64,000 nucleotides of DNA from Promethearchaeota archaeon (GCA_048939015.1 JBHLPW010000003.1:32001-96000), one strand, 5' to 3'; shown: positions 1 to 11,571, counted from the first letter of the stretch. The notes: a model not told the origin generated them from the sequence alone. Program-made: numbers and translations.

Positions 1-868
1 TTTCCTCAAAAAAATTATTATGAGAATTAAAGAAGAAGGATAAACGAGGTGCAAATTCATCAATATCTAATCCTCTTTCGAGGGCGGCTTCAACATAAGC
101 AAATCCATCTGCTAATGTAAATGCTAATTCTTGAACTGCTGTTGATCCCGCTTCTCTTATGTGATATCCACTAATACTAATTGTATACCATTGAGGTACA
201 TACTTCGTACAATATTCAATTGTATCTACAATAATTCGCATAGAGGGTTCTGGAGGAAATATCCATGATTTCTGGGCTATATACTCCTTTAAAATGTCAT
301 TTTGAATGGTTCCTCTTAATTGTTCTGGAGTATGTCCTTGCCTTTCAGCAGTGACAATGTATAACGCTAATAAAATAGAGGCAGGACCATTTATAGTCAT
401 AGAAGTACTTATCTTTGAAAGATCAATCCCATTGAACAAAGTTTCCATATCTTTTAATGAATCTATAGCAACTCCTTCCTTTCCAATTTCTCCTAATGCT
501 CGAGGATCAGTTGCTTCAATGCCATAAATAGTGTGTAAACTAAAGGCTACACTTAATCCAGTATTACCATGATCAATTAAAAATTTATATCTCTCATTAG
601 TTTGTTCTGCATTACCAAATCCTGCGAATTGACGCATTGTCCATAGTTGTCCTCTATACATATTTGGATATGCGCCTCGAGTGAACGGATATTGTCCTGG
701 AAACCCTAGATCAAGGGCATAATTAAAATCTTTAACATCATTAGGAGTGTATAATCTTTTTATTTCAATTTCAGATAAGTTCCTAAAACTTTGTTTTCTT
801 TCCTTCTTAAGTGAAATGGAATTCTCCCATTCTTCCATTTCTCGCTTAATTTTATCATGTTCAGTCAT
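1..868 (-). CDS. methylmalonyl-CoA mutase family, large/substrate-binding subunit (runs off left edge, partial)
   Basis: Manual translation from ATG at 868: [32 protein letters not shown]...[12 protein letters not shown]...[26 protein letters not shown], hallmark MCM motifs. Not in the ORF track because it has no stop in the window. Confidence 0.95.
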   Translation of the reverse strand, partial: MTEHDKIKREMEEWENSISLKKERKQSFRNLSEIEIKRLYTPNDVKDFNYALDLGFPGQYPFTRGAYPNMYRGQLWTMRQFAGFGNAEQTNERYKFLIDHGNTGLSVAFSLHTIYGIEATDPRALGEIGKEGVAIDSLKDMETLFNGIDLSKISTSMTINGPASILLALYIVTAERQGHTPEQLRGTIQNDILKEYIAQKSWIFPPEPSMRIIVDTIEYCTKYVPQWYTISISGYHIREAGSTAVQELAFTLADGFAYVEAALERGLDIDEFAPRLSFFFNSHNNFFEE

Positions 869-1027
869 AACAATTCTCTCTCTAAGGCTAACTTGGAGGT
901 TTAATCTAATAATCTATAAATGTTAATTCTTCAATTAGATAAGAGAATAAAATTATTTTAACTTTATTTTATTCTTTCTAATGAAAGTTGAGAATATTAA
1001 ATTTGGAAATTAATAAAAAAGAAATAA

Positions 1028-1909
1028 TTATTGAGAACGAGAAATAATAAAATCTACTAGTTTGCCATAACTTTTTACATTTTCGAAACTTTTTGGAGCC
1101 TTTTCCATAAAAAATTCTTTGAAAACTTCCCAATTCTCCTTCTTACCTTCAGGTGCTTCAGATAATACTCTTTTGACTTCTTGAAAGTCATAGCTAAAGA
1201 TTAAGCCATCATCAATTCTATTAGCGTTCTCAGATAAGAGAAAGAGATAATAATCATTTAAGTCCCACGGATTTAATACATGTTCTGGTTTGTTTCCATC
1301 TCCAGCTTTCTTTCCCCTCAATAAACTTGTATCAACTTGTGTTGGTAAAACCATTGTGAAATTAATATTCTCTCTTTTATATTCTGCTGCCATCGCTTTC
1401 TGCATCCCAACGACGGCATATTTAGTTGCAACATATGCTGTAAGTTTTGAGGGGGCATTTGGATATGCTTCACTTCCAGTAATTATAAATCTTGCTTTAT
1501 CTTTTTTATCATCTGTTTTCATATATGGATAAGCTGCCTTAAATGTATGAAACACTCCAAGCACATTAACATTCAAGATTTCAGCAAATTTTTCGTTTAT
1601 AAATTCATGAGTTACCCACATTCGAGAATATCCGGCATTAGCAATAACTCCGTTAATTGGACCAAGTTCATCGTGAAATGCCATAAAAGCCTCCATAACT
1701 TCCTGAAATTTTGTGATATCAGCAGTTTTGACAATAACTTTTACTTTATTACCTAAACCTTCAATTTCTTTTTTCGTTGAATTTAATTCTTCAATAGTTC
1801 TTGAAGTCAATCCAAGATTAGCTCCCTCTTTTGCACAAGCTATTGCAATCGCCTTTCCGATACCTCTACCTGAGCCAGTTATTACAACGTTTTTTCCTTT
1901 TAACAACAT
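1028..1909 (-). CDS. short-chain dehydrogenase/reductase (SDR)
   Basis: TGSGRGIG Rossmann motif, NAG, catalytic YxxxK (YVATK). Confidence 0.92.
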   Translation of the reverse strand: MLLKGKNVVITGSGRGIGKAIAIACAKEGANLGLTSRTIEELNSTKKEIEGLGNKVKVIVKTADITKFQEVMEAFMAFHDELGPINGVIANAGYSRMWVTHEFINEKFAEILNVNVLGVFHTFKAAYPYMKTDDKKDKARFIITGSEAYPNAPSKLTAYVATKYAVVGMQKAMAAEYKRENINFTMVLPTQVDTSLLRGKKAGDGNKPEHVLNPWDLNDYYLFLLSENANRIDDGLIFSYDFQEVKRVLSEAPEGKKENWEVFKEFFMEKAPKSFENVKSYGKLVDFIISRSQ

Positions 1910-2039
1910 TCCAATAATTCACTTATATTTGATTGAAATTTAATTATTTAAGTATAATTGAAAAATAATGAATAAAGATTTCGATTTCAAATTAAACGAA
2001 TTCTCTGTTAAGAACATAAATTATTCTACTGATGAATAT

Positions 2040-3503
2040 TTACCCCCAAAAGGGTTTCCAACGATTCCAGATGTCCCACCGATCGATATGCTTAATATTA
2101 TAAAGAAATGCTTTTAATCTATATCTACTTTTTAAAGTTTTATAAATTTGTCGGGACATATAGCGAGGGCGTTGCATAAGCCTCCTATGCGCATAATTTA
2201 TTCCAGCCATAATTTCACTTAAAGGAATAGGAAGAACAGCAGTACCAACCTCCCAACATTCATCAGGATTAATTCTTTTTTCTTTTACCATTTGATCCCA
2301 GATCCAATTTCCAGGAATTATTCCTAAAACGTGAAACTGTGGAAAATCAATATCTAATTTAATTGATAATTTGAAAGTTTCAATGATTTCCTCACGAGTC
2401 TCAATTGGAGCTCCTACTATAAAATTGCCTAGTACAATATCCATTCCAACTTTTCTGGAATTTTTTAATGCATCATAAACCTGATTTAATGTTATATTTT
2501 TCTTATACCAATCTAAAATCCTCTGTGAACCACTCTCAATCCCATAACTTATTATTCTACAACCCATGTGTTTCATTGCACTCAATAGTTCCCTTGAACT
2601 CTGAGTTACTCGACCTTCAGCCATCCAATTTAATTCAATTTTTTCTTTTCTTACTAAATAAGAGAGTTCCATTAATCTTTTCTTACTTATGGTGAAGTTG
2701 TCATCAATCCAATACAAATTTTGATAACCTTGACTCTCAAGAAGAGCAAGTTCTTCCACTATATTTTTGGGAGATCTTGGACGCCATTTTTGCCAAAACT
2801 TAGAGCTTGAGCAAAAAGTGCATTGATAAGCACACCCCCTTGAAGAAGCCGCAGTAGTAAAATTACCTAGAGATATATCAAGCCCTTCCACTTCACTTTT
2901 ATACTCTATATTTCCTAAAAATTTCCGATTTGGAAAAGGAAGGATATCAATATTTTCTATAAGAGGTCTATCATCATTTTTAACAATTCTGCCATCATCT
3001 CTATATGTCAAACCCCTTATATCTTCAAATCCTTTATTCTTTTCAGTTTTTTCAGCAATTTCTAAAAGAGTATTTTCTCCTTCTCCCCTAATGCATGCAT
3101 CAATGAAAGGGTATTTATTTAGAATTCTGGTATCATTAAATGTGGCGTGATAATTCCCAAATAAGATTTTAACATTTGGATTGATATCCTCTTTTACACA
3201 TTTAGCAATTTCGGCGGATGTAATCCCTGTTCCCGCAGTCGTTATTGTTGAAAATCCTAAAATATCTGGATCTTCATGTTTTATCCAATTTAGAGTTCTT
3301 TCAAGTGAAGCTCCTCTAGCAAATTGGTCAAATATTGATACATCATAATTATTTTCACTTAGATATGTAGCTAGATAAAGAATTCCCATTGGTGGAAATC
3401 CATAAAAATTTATTTTTTCCTCATTATAATCCTCAGCCTCTTTTACAGTACCACAAAATGTTCCATGTTCAGGAGGTTTTGGAAAAATTAAAGATATTTT
3501 CAA
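2040..3503 (-). CDS. B12-binding domain radical SAM protein (class B)
   Basis: N-terminal cobalamin-binding-like domain (PPMGILYLA, GNYHATF, RGEGE), SRGCAYQCTFC CxxxCxxC, DDNF, GIESGS. Confidence 0.92.
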   Translation of the reverse strand: MKISLIFPKPPEHGTFCGTVKEAEDYNEEKINFYGFPPMGILYLATYLSENNYDVSIFDQFARGASLERTLNWIKHEDPDILGFSTITTAGTGITSAEIAKCVKEDINPNVKILFGNYHATFNDTRILNKYPFIDACIRGEGENTLLEIAEKTEKNKGFEDIRGLTYRDDGRIVKNDDRPLIENIDILPFPNRKFLGNIEYKSEVEGLDISLGNFTTAASSRGCAYQCTFCSSSKFWQKWRPRSPKNIVEELALLESQGYQNLYWIDDNFTISKKRLMELSYLVRKEKIELNWMAEGRVTQSSRELLSAMKHMGCRIISYGIESGSQRILDWYKKNITLNQVYDALKNSRKVGMDIVLGNFIVGAPIETREEIIETFKLSIKLDIDFPQFHVLGIIPGNWIWDQMVKEKRINPDECWEVGTAVLPIPLSEIMAGINYAHRRLMQRPRYMSRQIYKTLKSRYRLKAFLYNIKHIDRWDIWNRWKPFWG

Positions 3504-3671
3504 AGGATAATTATAGAATGTAATAAATATTAATAACTTAGAAATTTGTCCTAATAATTAAAACCTCACCATTTCAATTTCAATTGACTATTGTGTGAAT
3601 AAGGAAATATATCTATAAAAATAAAATAAACATTACATAATCTACGAACAACCGGTAAAAGGATTAATAAT

Positions 3672-5135
3672 ATGAAATTAAGTGATAAAAAAATCGAACG
3701 AGTAGCACTGATCAATCCAAATTATATTACGAAGAGCATTACTGATAAATTTACACTTCCAGCTTTGGGATTAGAATACATTGCAGCTAACATTTTAGAC
3801 TTAGTTGAAGTGAAGATTATAAACGGGAAAGTAAGAAACTTAAGTGTCACTCAAATAATGAAAGAAATTATTGATTTTAAACCGGATGTTGTAGGAATTT
3901 CATGTTGTTATACAATAGGTATTAATTTTGCTTTAAAAATTGCAAACGAATCAAGAAAAAAAGGATATATAACTGTCTTAGGGGGTTGGCACCCTAATTT
4001 TGAATACTCAGAAATTTTGAAATATCCATTTGTAGATCTTATTGTTAGGGGAGAAGGTGAAATTACATTTAGAGAAGTAATTGAAAATAAAGACTTAGAA
4101 AACATAGAAGGTATCTCTTATAAAAGCAATGGAATAATATTCAATAATCCAGATCGTCCATTGATTAAAGATTTGGATAAATTACCATTTCCTACAAGAA
4201 GTCTAAGACATAAAAAGTCGTATTTTCAAGCATTTCAAATGCCTATAGATGTCATAGAAACTTCAAGAGGCTGTCCACATAGATGCATTTTTTGTAATAT
4301 ACATTTATTTTATCGGGGAACCTATAGAACAAAAAGCCCAGAAAGAGTTATAAAGGAATTAAAAATCATTTCAAATCAAAATAAACGTAAAAATGTTTTT
4401 ATTGTAGATGATAATTTCACAGCTAATATTAAACGTGTAGAAAAAATCTGTGATTTAATTGTTGAGGAAGGTATTGAATTAGATCTTATATGCCAAAGTC
4501 GAATTGATGTGATTAAGAAATATCCTAAGATTATTAAAAAGATGGCTAAAGCAGGATTTTGGCTGTTTTTCCTTGGTATTGAATCTTTTAATCAGAAATC
4601 TCTAAATAATATCCAGAAGAAAACTCAATTTAGAGATATTCTTGAAGCAATCCAAATTCTTCATGATAATGATATACTATTAATTGGAAGTATGCTAGTA
4701 GGATCTAAACTTGATGAAACTGAGGAAGATATAAACCAAATGATAAAAATTGTAAAAAAATTAAGAATTGATTTTCCTCTTTATTCTATTATGACTCCAT
4801 TACCAGGAACTCAATTCAGGAAGTATTTAATTGAAAATAACTATGAGATATCTAAAAATTGGAGAGAATATAATTTTACTACGGCGGTAAATTCTTTAAA
4901 TAACTTATCAAAAGACAAGGTAGAACAATTATTATCAAAAGCTTATTATTACGGATACTTTCATAGAGGATGGAGAGAGACAATGCTAAGGATCTATAAA
5001 AGGAAGGGAATAAAGCTGTTTTTGAACCCTAAAAATTTACTTGCTATGAAGGATCTTTTGTATTTCTTTAGAGATATTAGAAGAATGGGAAGTCATGAAA
5101 CTTCAAGTTCCATCCAGCCTATAAGATTTAATTAA
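3672..5135 (+). CDS. B12-binding domain radical SAM protein (class B)
   Basis: LGLEYIA, GGWHP, RGEGE, TSRGCPHRCIFC, DDNF, GIES, TPLPGT. Confidence 0.92.
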   Translation: MKLSDKKIERVALINPNYITKSITDKFTLPALGLEYIAANILDLVEVKIINGKVRNLSVTQIMKEIIDFKPDVVGISCCYTIGINFALKIANESRKKGYITVLGGWHPNFEYSEILKYPFVDLIVRGEGEITFREVIENKDLENIEGISYKSNGIIFNNPDRPLIKDLDKLPFPTRSLRHKKSYFQAFQMPIDVIETSRGCPHRCIFCNIHLFYRGTYRTKSPERVIKELKIISNQNKRKNVFIVDDNFTANIKRVEKICDLIVEEGIELDLICQSRIDVIKKYPKIIKKMAKAGFWLFFLGIESFNQKSLNNIQKKTQFRDILEAIQILHDNDILLIGSMLVGSKLDETEEDINQMIKIVKKLRIDFPLYSIMTPLPGTQFRKYLIENNYEISKNWREYNFTTAVNSLNNLSKDKVEQLLSKAYYYGYFHRGWRETMLRIYKRKGIKLFLNPKNLLAMKDLLYFFRDIRRMGSHETSSSIQPIRFN

Positions 5136-5190
5136 TTATTTAATTTCAAATTTTAAAATAAATGAATAATAGAAACTTCAGTCGTACAAA

Positions 5191-6372
5191 ATGGTAAAGA
5201 TTATCAATAAATCTAAGGATCAGAATTACAAATTCCCAATATTGGGATATCCGGGTTACTTTTTCACAAAATTCTTTGATACAGTTAAACCTCTCTCACA
5301 CTTACTTGACAAATTAGAGACAAATTGGCTAAGTAATGATTTAAATAAGCTCACCATAAATAAGCCTGTATTTATTACAGGTCTTGCCCGTAGTGGAACC
5401 ACGATAATATTAGAAATGTTACATCAGCATCCTGAATTAGCATCTCACCGATATAGTCATCTTTTATTACCCTATCTACCTCATTGGTTTAGCCTGATTA
5501 TAAATAAACTTTCGAGATTCTTCCTCAAAAATTATCTAACAAAACCTTTCGAACGAGTACATAAAGATGGTATAATTGTGACTCGTGATAGTCCTGAAAT
5601 GGTTGAAGAAGTAATTTGGCAACAGTTTTTTGATCATCTTCATAACGAAGAGGTTTCAAATATAATAAATACGGAAATAGTTAATCACAAATTTGAAAAA
5701 TTCTATAAAACACATATTTGTAAACTTATTATAAATCAAAATCGTTCTCGATATTTAGCAAAAAACAACTATAATATTACGAGATTAGAATATTTATTAA
5801 AAATTTTTCCCAATTCTAAATTTCTACTCACTATACGCAATCCGATAGAACATATCTCATCATTAATCAAGCAAACAGCTTTATTCATAAGGATGGAAAA
5901 AGAAGCTCCCCTTTTAATCGATTGGTTAAGAATAGTTGGGCATTATGAGTTTGGTTCTCAACATGTTTGCATTAATTCAGGTAATACAGATATTATCCAT
6001 AAAATTCGAAAGTTATGGGCCCATAAAGAGACCTACGTAAAAGGCTGGGCATATTATTGGGATTCTATTTATGATTACATTTCTAAATGCATAGAAACTA
6101 ATTCAAACCTTAAAAAGGCTACTTATATTGTTAGATATGATGATCTATGTGAGTTTCCGGCGAGAGTTATTGATGAAATTCTTTTGCATACTGAACTACC
6201 TAACTCTGAATTTGCAGAAGTTAAGAATTACTACATAAAAAATTTACACAAACCTACTTATTATACCTCCAAATTCACAGAACAAGAACTTAATCAAGTT
6301 TATGAAATAACAAATGCAACAGCTAAATGGTTCAAATTGAAAGATATAAAGGAGGGGATTTATATACGTTAA
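5191..6372 (+). CDS. PAPS-dependent sulfotransferase
   Basis: 5'-PSB loop PVFITGLARSGTT, 3'-PB RNPIEHISS, VRYDDL. Confidence 0.88.
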   Translation: MVKIINKSKDQNYKFPILGYPGYFFTKFFDTVKPLSHLLDKLETNWLSNDLNKLTINKPVFITGLARSGTTIILEMLHQHPELASHRYSHLLLPYLPHWFSLIINKLSRFFLKNYLTKPFERVHKDGIIVTRDSPEMVEEVIWQQFFDHLHNEEVSNIINTEIVNHKFEKFYKTHICKLIINQNRSRYLAKNNYNITRLEYLLKIFPNSKFLLTIRNPIEHISSLIKQTALFIRMEKEAPLLIDWLRIVGHYEFGSQHVCINSGNTDIIHKIRKLWAHKETYVKGWAYYWDSIYDYISKCIETNSNLKKATYIVRYDDLCEFPARVIDEILLHTELPNSEFAEVKNYYIKNLHKPTYYTSKFTEQELNQVYEITNATAKWFKLKDIKEGIYIR

Positions 6373-7364
6373 AAGTAAATTTCCTTTCCGATTTATATGC
6401 GTTAAGGCAAATAATCGGCGTGAATGGAGCACTTAATGCGACCATGAGTCAAGCAAAAGTGATGCAAAACTATGTAAAGATACTTTTTAACAAGTATGGT
6501 GATGGATATGATATAATTCATTGTCATGGATGCTTTCCTTATACATCTCACTTATTAAAAAGAGGATTAAAATCAAAAAAACCAGCAATATTATCTCTTC
6601 ATCAAAATCATTATGATATTGATCAATCATTTCTGTTTTCAAAGCCTCTATCTCAGATTTTCAAATTATATTTAAGAAGATATTGTGCACTTAGTGATCT
6701 GATAATCTGCCCAACTGAGTATTCAAAACAGATTGTAAAGAAAGAATTAAGAATAACCAAACCAATAAAACTAATCTCAAATGGCATTGAAACACAAAAG
6801 TTCAACAATTCAATAGAAAAAAGAAAAAATTTCCGAAAAAGATATGGATTAAATAAACCAACAATTTTAAGCGTAGGAATGCCAACGGTAAGAAAAGGAT
6901 TTTTTGATTTTATTCAATTTTCAAGAAGATTAGAAAAATTGTACTTTATGTGGGTTGGGGTAAGAGCCTTCCCAATAATACAACCTAATTATAACATTAA
7001 TTCTAAGAACTTTTTCATGCCCGGTTTTATCGAAGATATAGTATCAGCTTACTCAGGATGTGATATTTTCTGTTTTCCATCATATTATGAAGGAGAAGGC
7101 ATTGCTATCTTAGAGGCAATTAGTTGTGGTTTACCAATCATAATACGTGATTTGCCTGTTTATGATGGCAGATTTATTGATGGATATAACTGTCTTAAAG
7201 CAAGAACAAATAAAGAATTTATTGAAAATATAAACTTTTTATTAGATAATCCTGATGAGCGTAAAAGAATCGCTAAAAACGGATTAAAAACGGCAAGAAA
7301 GTTTGATATTAAAAATACAGGTAAACAAATCTTCGAATCATACATGGAATTAATGGGATCTTGA
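6327..7364 (+). CDS. glycosyltransferase family 4 (GT-B)
   Basis: DIIHCH, ISNGI, RKG, FPSYYEGEGIAILEA (ExF-x6-E type motif); true start uncertain. Confidence 0.9.
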   Translation: MVQIERYKGGDLYTLKVNFLSDLYALRQIIGVNGALNATMSQAKVMQNYVKILFNKYGDGYDIIHCHGCFPYTSHLLKRGLKSKKPAILSLHQNHYDIDQSFLFSKPLSQIFKLYLRRYCALSDLIICPTEYSKQIVKKELRITKPIKLISNGIETQKFNNSIEKRKNFRKRYGLNKPTILSVGMPTVRKGFFDFIQFSRRLEKLYFMWVGVRAFPIIQPNYNINSKNFFMPGFIEDIVSAYSGCDIFCFPSYYEGEGIAILEAISCGLPIIIRDLPVYDGRFIDGYNCLKARTNKEFIENINFLLDNPDERKRIAKNGLKTARKFDIKNTGKQIFESYMELMGS

Positions 7365-7405
7365 ACTTATGATTCCATATTTGAATTTACCAATTATCAA
7401 TTATT

Positions 7406-8155
7406 TTATTTGTTAATTAAATCTTTTAAAATAACGAATTCAACTTTATTTAAAAGAGCGAACTTAATTAAGATATTTATTTTTTTAACAAATGTATCTC
7501 CTGAGTTTATCCAGCGATCTGGTCTAAATAAGTAATCCTTAAATAAATTAAGTTTACTTTTATGAGTCACCATTACATTTTTAATATCTATTATTTCAGA
7601 AGGATGAAAGTATAAAACAACCAAATCATTTTTTAAGATCTTTCTTTTTAATATGTTGTAACCAAAAGGCATTCTTAGAGATATGTCTAGGGGTTGAAAT
7701 TCTAGAATAGAATAAGGATTTGATATATTTTGACTATATTTTCGATTAGATTTAAACGAAGAATCATAATGAAAACCTAAATTGTACAAAATTTTGAATA
7801 GGAAATCAGGAGGTTTTAAATAAGGAGCTCGAAATCCAATAATTTTTGAACTTAAACAGATCTTTTCAAGAATCTTCTTATTCTTGGCTATTACCTCTTG
7901 ACACTTATCAAATTTTAGTTTATTTAATCTTTCATGATTTAACCCATGGCATGCGATTTCATGGCCTTTACTTTCAATTGTTCTTATAGATTCAGGGAAT
8001 TTTTTAGCAATGCTTCCAGTACAAAAGAAGGTGCATTTTAGATTATAATAATCTAAGAGTTCTAGAATTCTTGGGATCCCTTCTTTTACTCCAAAAAATG
8101 TATCTAACAAAAAAGGTATGTCTCTCTCAATATCAATTGTTAACGCGATTTTCAT
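7406..8155 (-). CDS. polysaccharide deacetylase (CE4/NodB-like)
   Basis: LTIDIE, TFF, HEIACHGLNH, GFRAP, YDSS, YFHP motifs. Confidence 0.9.
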   Translation of the reverse strand: MKIALTIDIERDIPFLLDTFFGVKEGIPRILELLDYYNLKCTFFCTGSIAKKFPESIRTIESKGHEIACHGLNHERLNKLKFDKCQEVIAKNKKILEKICLSSKIIGFRAPYLKPPDFLFKILYNLGFHYDSSFKSNRKYSQNISNPYSILEFQPLDISLRMPFGYNILKRKILKNDLVVLYFHPSEIIDIKNVMVTHKSKLNLFKDYLFRPDRWINSGDTFVKKINILIKFALLNKVEFVILKDLINK

Positions 8156-8317
8156 TGTATGAAGAGTGCCTTATAATATAAAATGGAATCAATTTTAACT
8201 TTAATTAAATTATATTAAAAGATTAATTAATAATATTTGTGCTTAGAGCGAACAAATTAAAATTAACTAAATCATTAATATACTTAGATTAATAATCTTA
8301 AAATTGGAAAAGCTACA

Positions 8318-9511
8318 TTGAAAAGTACAAGAAATTTTTATGAAGATTTATCCATCTGTGTAAAAGAAACTGCAAACGAATGCCAATTATATAAAAATCT
8401 ATGTAATCATTATGATTATGATTTTGATCAAACTATTAATGAATCTAATCTAGGGGAAATTCCCTTTATTCCATGGAATTTATTCAAATTATCAAATAAC
8501 AAATTTAAGGAATTATTAAGGGGAAATACTTTTGAAAAATTAGAATATTGGATGGAATCTTCTTCAACATGTGGAGATCCTAGCATCGTTGGACGGTTGA
8601 ACAACGATATCGAAGTTTTGAAAGCAAATTATAATGAGGTTTTTAATAGTTTTTCGAATAAAGAACAAGTTAATAATTTAATATTGTTTGCTCCAGATAT
8701 GAGAATTATTAATAAGATTAGACATACTTTCTATGGCAAGAATGCTTATCTTCTATATAAGAGTATAGTCGATATTTGGGAAGGAAAGCATGTAAATTTT
8801 TTATTACAATTCTTTCTAGGGAAAACTATAAGAGAAATGATTACTTCATTAAAAGCTCGTGCTGTAATTGGGATTAATGGAAAATTATTAAAGTCTGAAC
8901 TAAGCAGAGTCGAGAAAAATAAAATTCCAACAATTATGGCTAATTCTCCACTATGGATGCATAAAGTATTAAAGGACTATTACCAAAAAGAGAAGAAAAC
9001 CTTTGATTTGAGTGAAAATTTTTATATTATCACAGGCGGTGGCGGTTGGGATGGTACAAAAGGGCGCGTAAAATTAGGACATCGTGTAAAAAAACCAGAA
9101 TTCATTGAACAGATGTGTGATATGTTCAATATTACTGTAGATAAATTTTGTGATAATTTTGCTGCCACTGAAAGTCCAATGGCATGTGGAGGACATTGGT
9201 CGAAAAAATATAATGATTTTATACTCCATATAAATAATAATCAAGGTCGAATTGTTGTTCGAGATATTGAAACAGCAGAACCTATTAAAGATATAGGTAA
9301 ACCAGGAATTTTGGAATTAATAACCCCTTATGGTGTGAGCAGTTATGCGGGAGTAGCAGTTTTACTAGATGACGTCGTTCAAGTTGAAAATTGGGAGAGA
9401 TGCCCTGAATGTGGTCGAGAGGGAGCTACTTTTAGAGTTTTGGGACGATTAACCCCTTCAATAGGGAAAGGTTGCAGTTCTTTATTTACTTTAGATGCAC
9501 TTAAAATGTAA
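8318..9511 (+). CDS. LuxE/PaaK-like acyl-protein synthetase (ANL superfamily)
   Basis: IPFIPWNLFK, SSSTCGDPS P-loop, TGGGGWDG, CPECGREGATFRVLGR...GCS C-terminus typical of LuxE. Confidence 0.75.
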   Translation: MKSTRNFYEDLSICVKETANECQLYKNLCNHYDYDFDQTINESNLGEIPFIPWNLFKLSNNKFKELLRGNTFEKLEYWMESSSTCGDPSIVGRLNNDIEVLKANYNEVFNSFSNKEQVNNLILFAPDMRIINKIRHTFYGKNAYLLYKSIVDIWEGKHVNFLLQFFLGKTIREMITSLKARAVIGINGKLLKSELSRVEKNKIPTIMANSPLWMHKVLKDYYQKEKKTFDLSENFYIITGGGGWDGTKGRVKLGHRVKKPEFIEQMCDMFNITVDKFCDNFAATESPMACGGHWSKKYNDFILHINNNQGRIVVRDIETAEPIKDIGKPGILELITPYGVSSYAGVAVLLDDVVQVENWERCPECGREGATFRVLGRLTPSIGKGCSSLFTLDALKM

Positions 9512-9547
9512 AATGCAGAAAATGAAACTTTGATGAACTAGAATAAG

Positions 9548-10666
9548 ATGCGAGTTTTAGTAATAGGTGCAGGATTAACTGGCTGTACATTAGCACGTTT
9601 AATGAAAGATAAAAATTATCTGGTTTCAATAAAGGAGAAGCAGAATTATATTGGAGGGTTATGTTATACAACAACCTCCACTAATGGTATATTATATGAA
9701 CCTTTTGGAGGTCATGCATTTCACACTAATGATCCTCGTATTAGAGAATTTGTTCTTCAATTTTCAGAATTTAATGATTATTTTCATAGAAAAGGTATTA
9801 TTATAAATGGTATATTGCGACCTTTTCCTCTTAGTAAAGATACAATACTTCAGATGGAAAATGGCAAACAAATTCTAAAGGAAATTGATGAACGACCTGA
9901 TATTCCGGATTTAACAAATTTTGAAACATATGCAATTTCACAATTTGGAAATACTTTATATAAATTGTTTATATATAATTATTCCAAAAAAATGTGGGGA
10001 TTAGAACCTGCAAAGTTGACAACTGAATATATCAGAAATCGAATCGAAATGAAAGAACACAATACTCAAATGTTTGATGATTATTTCCAAGGATTACCCA
10101 TTAGAGGATACACTGAATTCCTTAGAAATATGATACAAGATATCCCAATACAATTACGTATTAGTAGGTATGATGAGTCTTCATATGACCTTATTTTATA
10201 CTCTGGTAGAATAGATGAATTATTTAAATTTAAGTTTGGAAATTTACAATTCAGGTCCCTATTATTTGAATATAAAGAGAATGAAAATTGGGAGAACCTA
10301 AATTATGGATCAATTAATCTCCCCCAACATAAAAGATATATTCGAAAGGTAAACTTCAATGTTATGTATAAACAAAAAAATGATAATTCATGGATTCAAT
10401 ATCAAGAACCAGTAGCTCATAATGATAATAATTTACCATTGTATCCAATATATACTAAGAGAAATCTAAAGTCATTTGATAAGTATTTAATTGAGGCATG
10501 CAAGTCTGATAAGATTATTCCTGTTGGTCGTTTAGGATTATATAAATATTTAGAAATGGGACAAGCTATTAATTTAGCAATGAATATGATGCCCTTAATC
10601 GAAAATTGGAAGAAATTTAGTCCTAAAGAAAGATATTCTGAAATTAAAACATTATTAAATTCTTAA
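9548..10666 (+). CDS. glf: UDP-galactopyranose mutase
   Basis: GAGLTG FAD motif, GGHAFHT, YSKKMWG, FQGLP..GY, LQFRSL, GRLGLYKYLEM. Confidence 0.9.
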   Translation: MRVLVIGAGLTGCTLARLMKDKNYLVSIKEKQNYIGGLCYTTTSTNGILYEPFGGHAFHTNDPRIREFVLQFSEFNDYFHRKGIIINGILRPFPLSKDTILQMENGKQILKEIDERPDIPDLTNFETYAISQFGNTLYKLFIYNYSKKMWGLEPAKLTTEYIRNRIEMKEHNTQMFDDYFQGLPIRGYTEFLRNMIQDIPIQLRISRYDESSYDLILYSGRIDELFKFKFGNLQFRSLLFEYKENENWENLNYGSINLPQHKRYIRKVNFNVMYKQKNDNSWIQYQEPVAHNDNNLPLYPIYTKRNLKSFDKYLIEACKSDKIIPVGRLGLYKYLEMGQAINLAMNMMPLIENWKKFSPKERYSEIKTLLNS

Positions 10667-10681
10667 GTAATTTTATTTAGG

Positions 10682-11452
10682 TTACTTTTGCTCCCTCCAA
10701 CTGAGATCTTTAGCTAGATTATGGAAAAAATCTTTTTTTATTCGATATTGAGTAATCCGTCCTAAACTACGACTTGCATTTAAAGATCTGCCACTAGTTA
10801 ATACTGAAACAAAGTTAAGAGTTCTAATTTTACCAGTCTTCAGTTTTCTACTTAAATATATTAAAGAATCTGAAAAAACCTTATCCATTCCTATCAAGTC
10901 GGGAGGCAATTGTTTAAATCCACCAGCTTTAAAAAATATATTTCTTCTAATAATTATATTGCATCCTATAAGTTCCGGATATCCCAATAAGGATTTGAAA
11001 AAATAATATATATGCATACTTATGTTAAGAAAGAAATATTTTGTGAGAGTAAATCTCCAAGAACCTAAACCAAATGAAATAACTCTCCCATCATGGTACT
11101 TGACTCTTGCACTGCAAGCAAATAAATTTTTTTTTTTTTTAAATATATTGTAGACTTTCTGTAAGAAATAGGGATCTATTAACGTATCAGCATCTAAAAA
11201 AACTAGGATACTACCATAAGTTTTAGGTACAGCGAAATTTATCTGGTGTGATTTCCCTTTTTTTGGCGAAATATACACTTTTGCATATTTTTTAGCAATA
11301 GAAACGGTCTTATCGACACTTTGCCCATCTGCTACAATAATTTCATATGAAAAGTTACAAATTTGCTTTTTAACAGCAATTAATGTTTCTTTTATGTGAT
11401 TTTCCTCATTGTACGTCGGGATAATAACTGAAATCTTTGGATTACGAATCAT
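10682..11452 (-). CDS. glycosyltransferase family 2
   Basis: ISVIIPTYNEE, IIVADGQSVDKT, FLDAD (DxD). Confidence 0.92.
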   Translation of the reverse strand: MIRNPKISVIIPTYNEENHIKETLIAVKKQICNFSYEIIVADGQSVDKTVSIAKKYAKVYISPKKGKSHQINFAVPKTYGSILVFLDADTLIDPYFLQKVYNIFKKKKNLFACSARVKYHDGRVISFGLGSWRFTLTKYFFLNISMHIYYFFKSLLGYPELIGCNIIIRRNIFFKAGGFKQLPPDLIGMDKVFSDSLIYLSRKLKTGKIRTLNFVSVLTSGRSLNASRSLGRITQYRIKKDFFHNLAKDLSWREQK

Positions 11453-11571
11453 GTCTTTTATAGTAGGTTAAATTGTAAACAGAAAATCTATAATTTATTA
11501 GTAGATGTTATTTTATTATTCTATACAAGTATTAGATTTATTATATAATTAATTGATAATAAGATAAGACA

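Noticed and set aside
306-1943. Short + strand ORFs (306-527, 1290-1532, 1547-1756, 1713-1943)
   Set aside because: Antisense to the well-supported mutase and SDR genes
8318-9511. Bioluminescence (lux) operon
   Set aside because: No luxA/B/C/D homologs in the window
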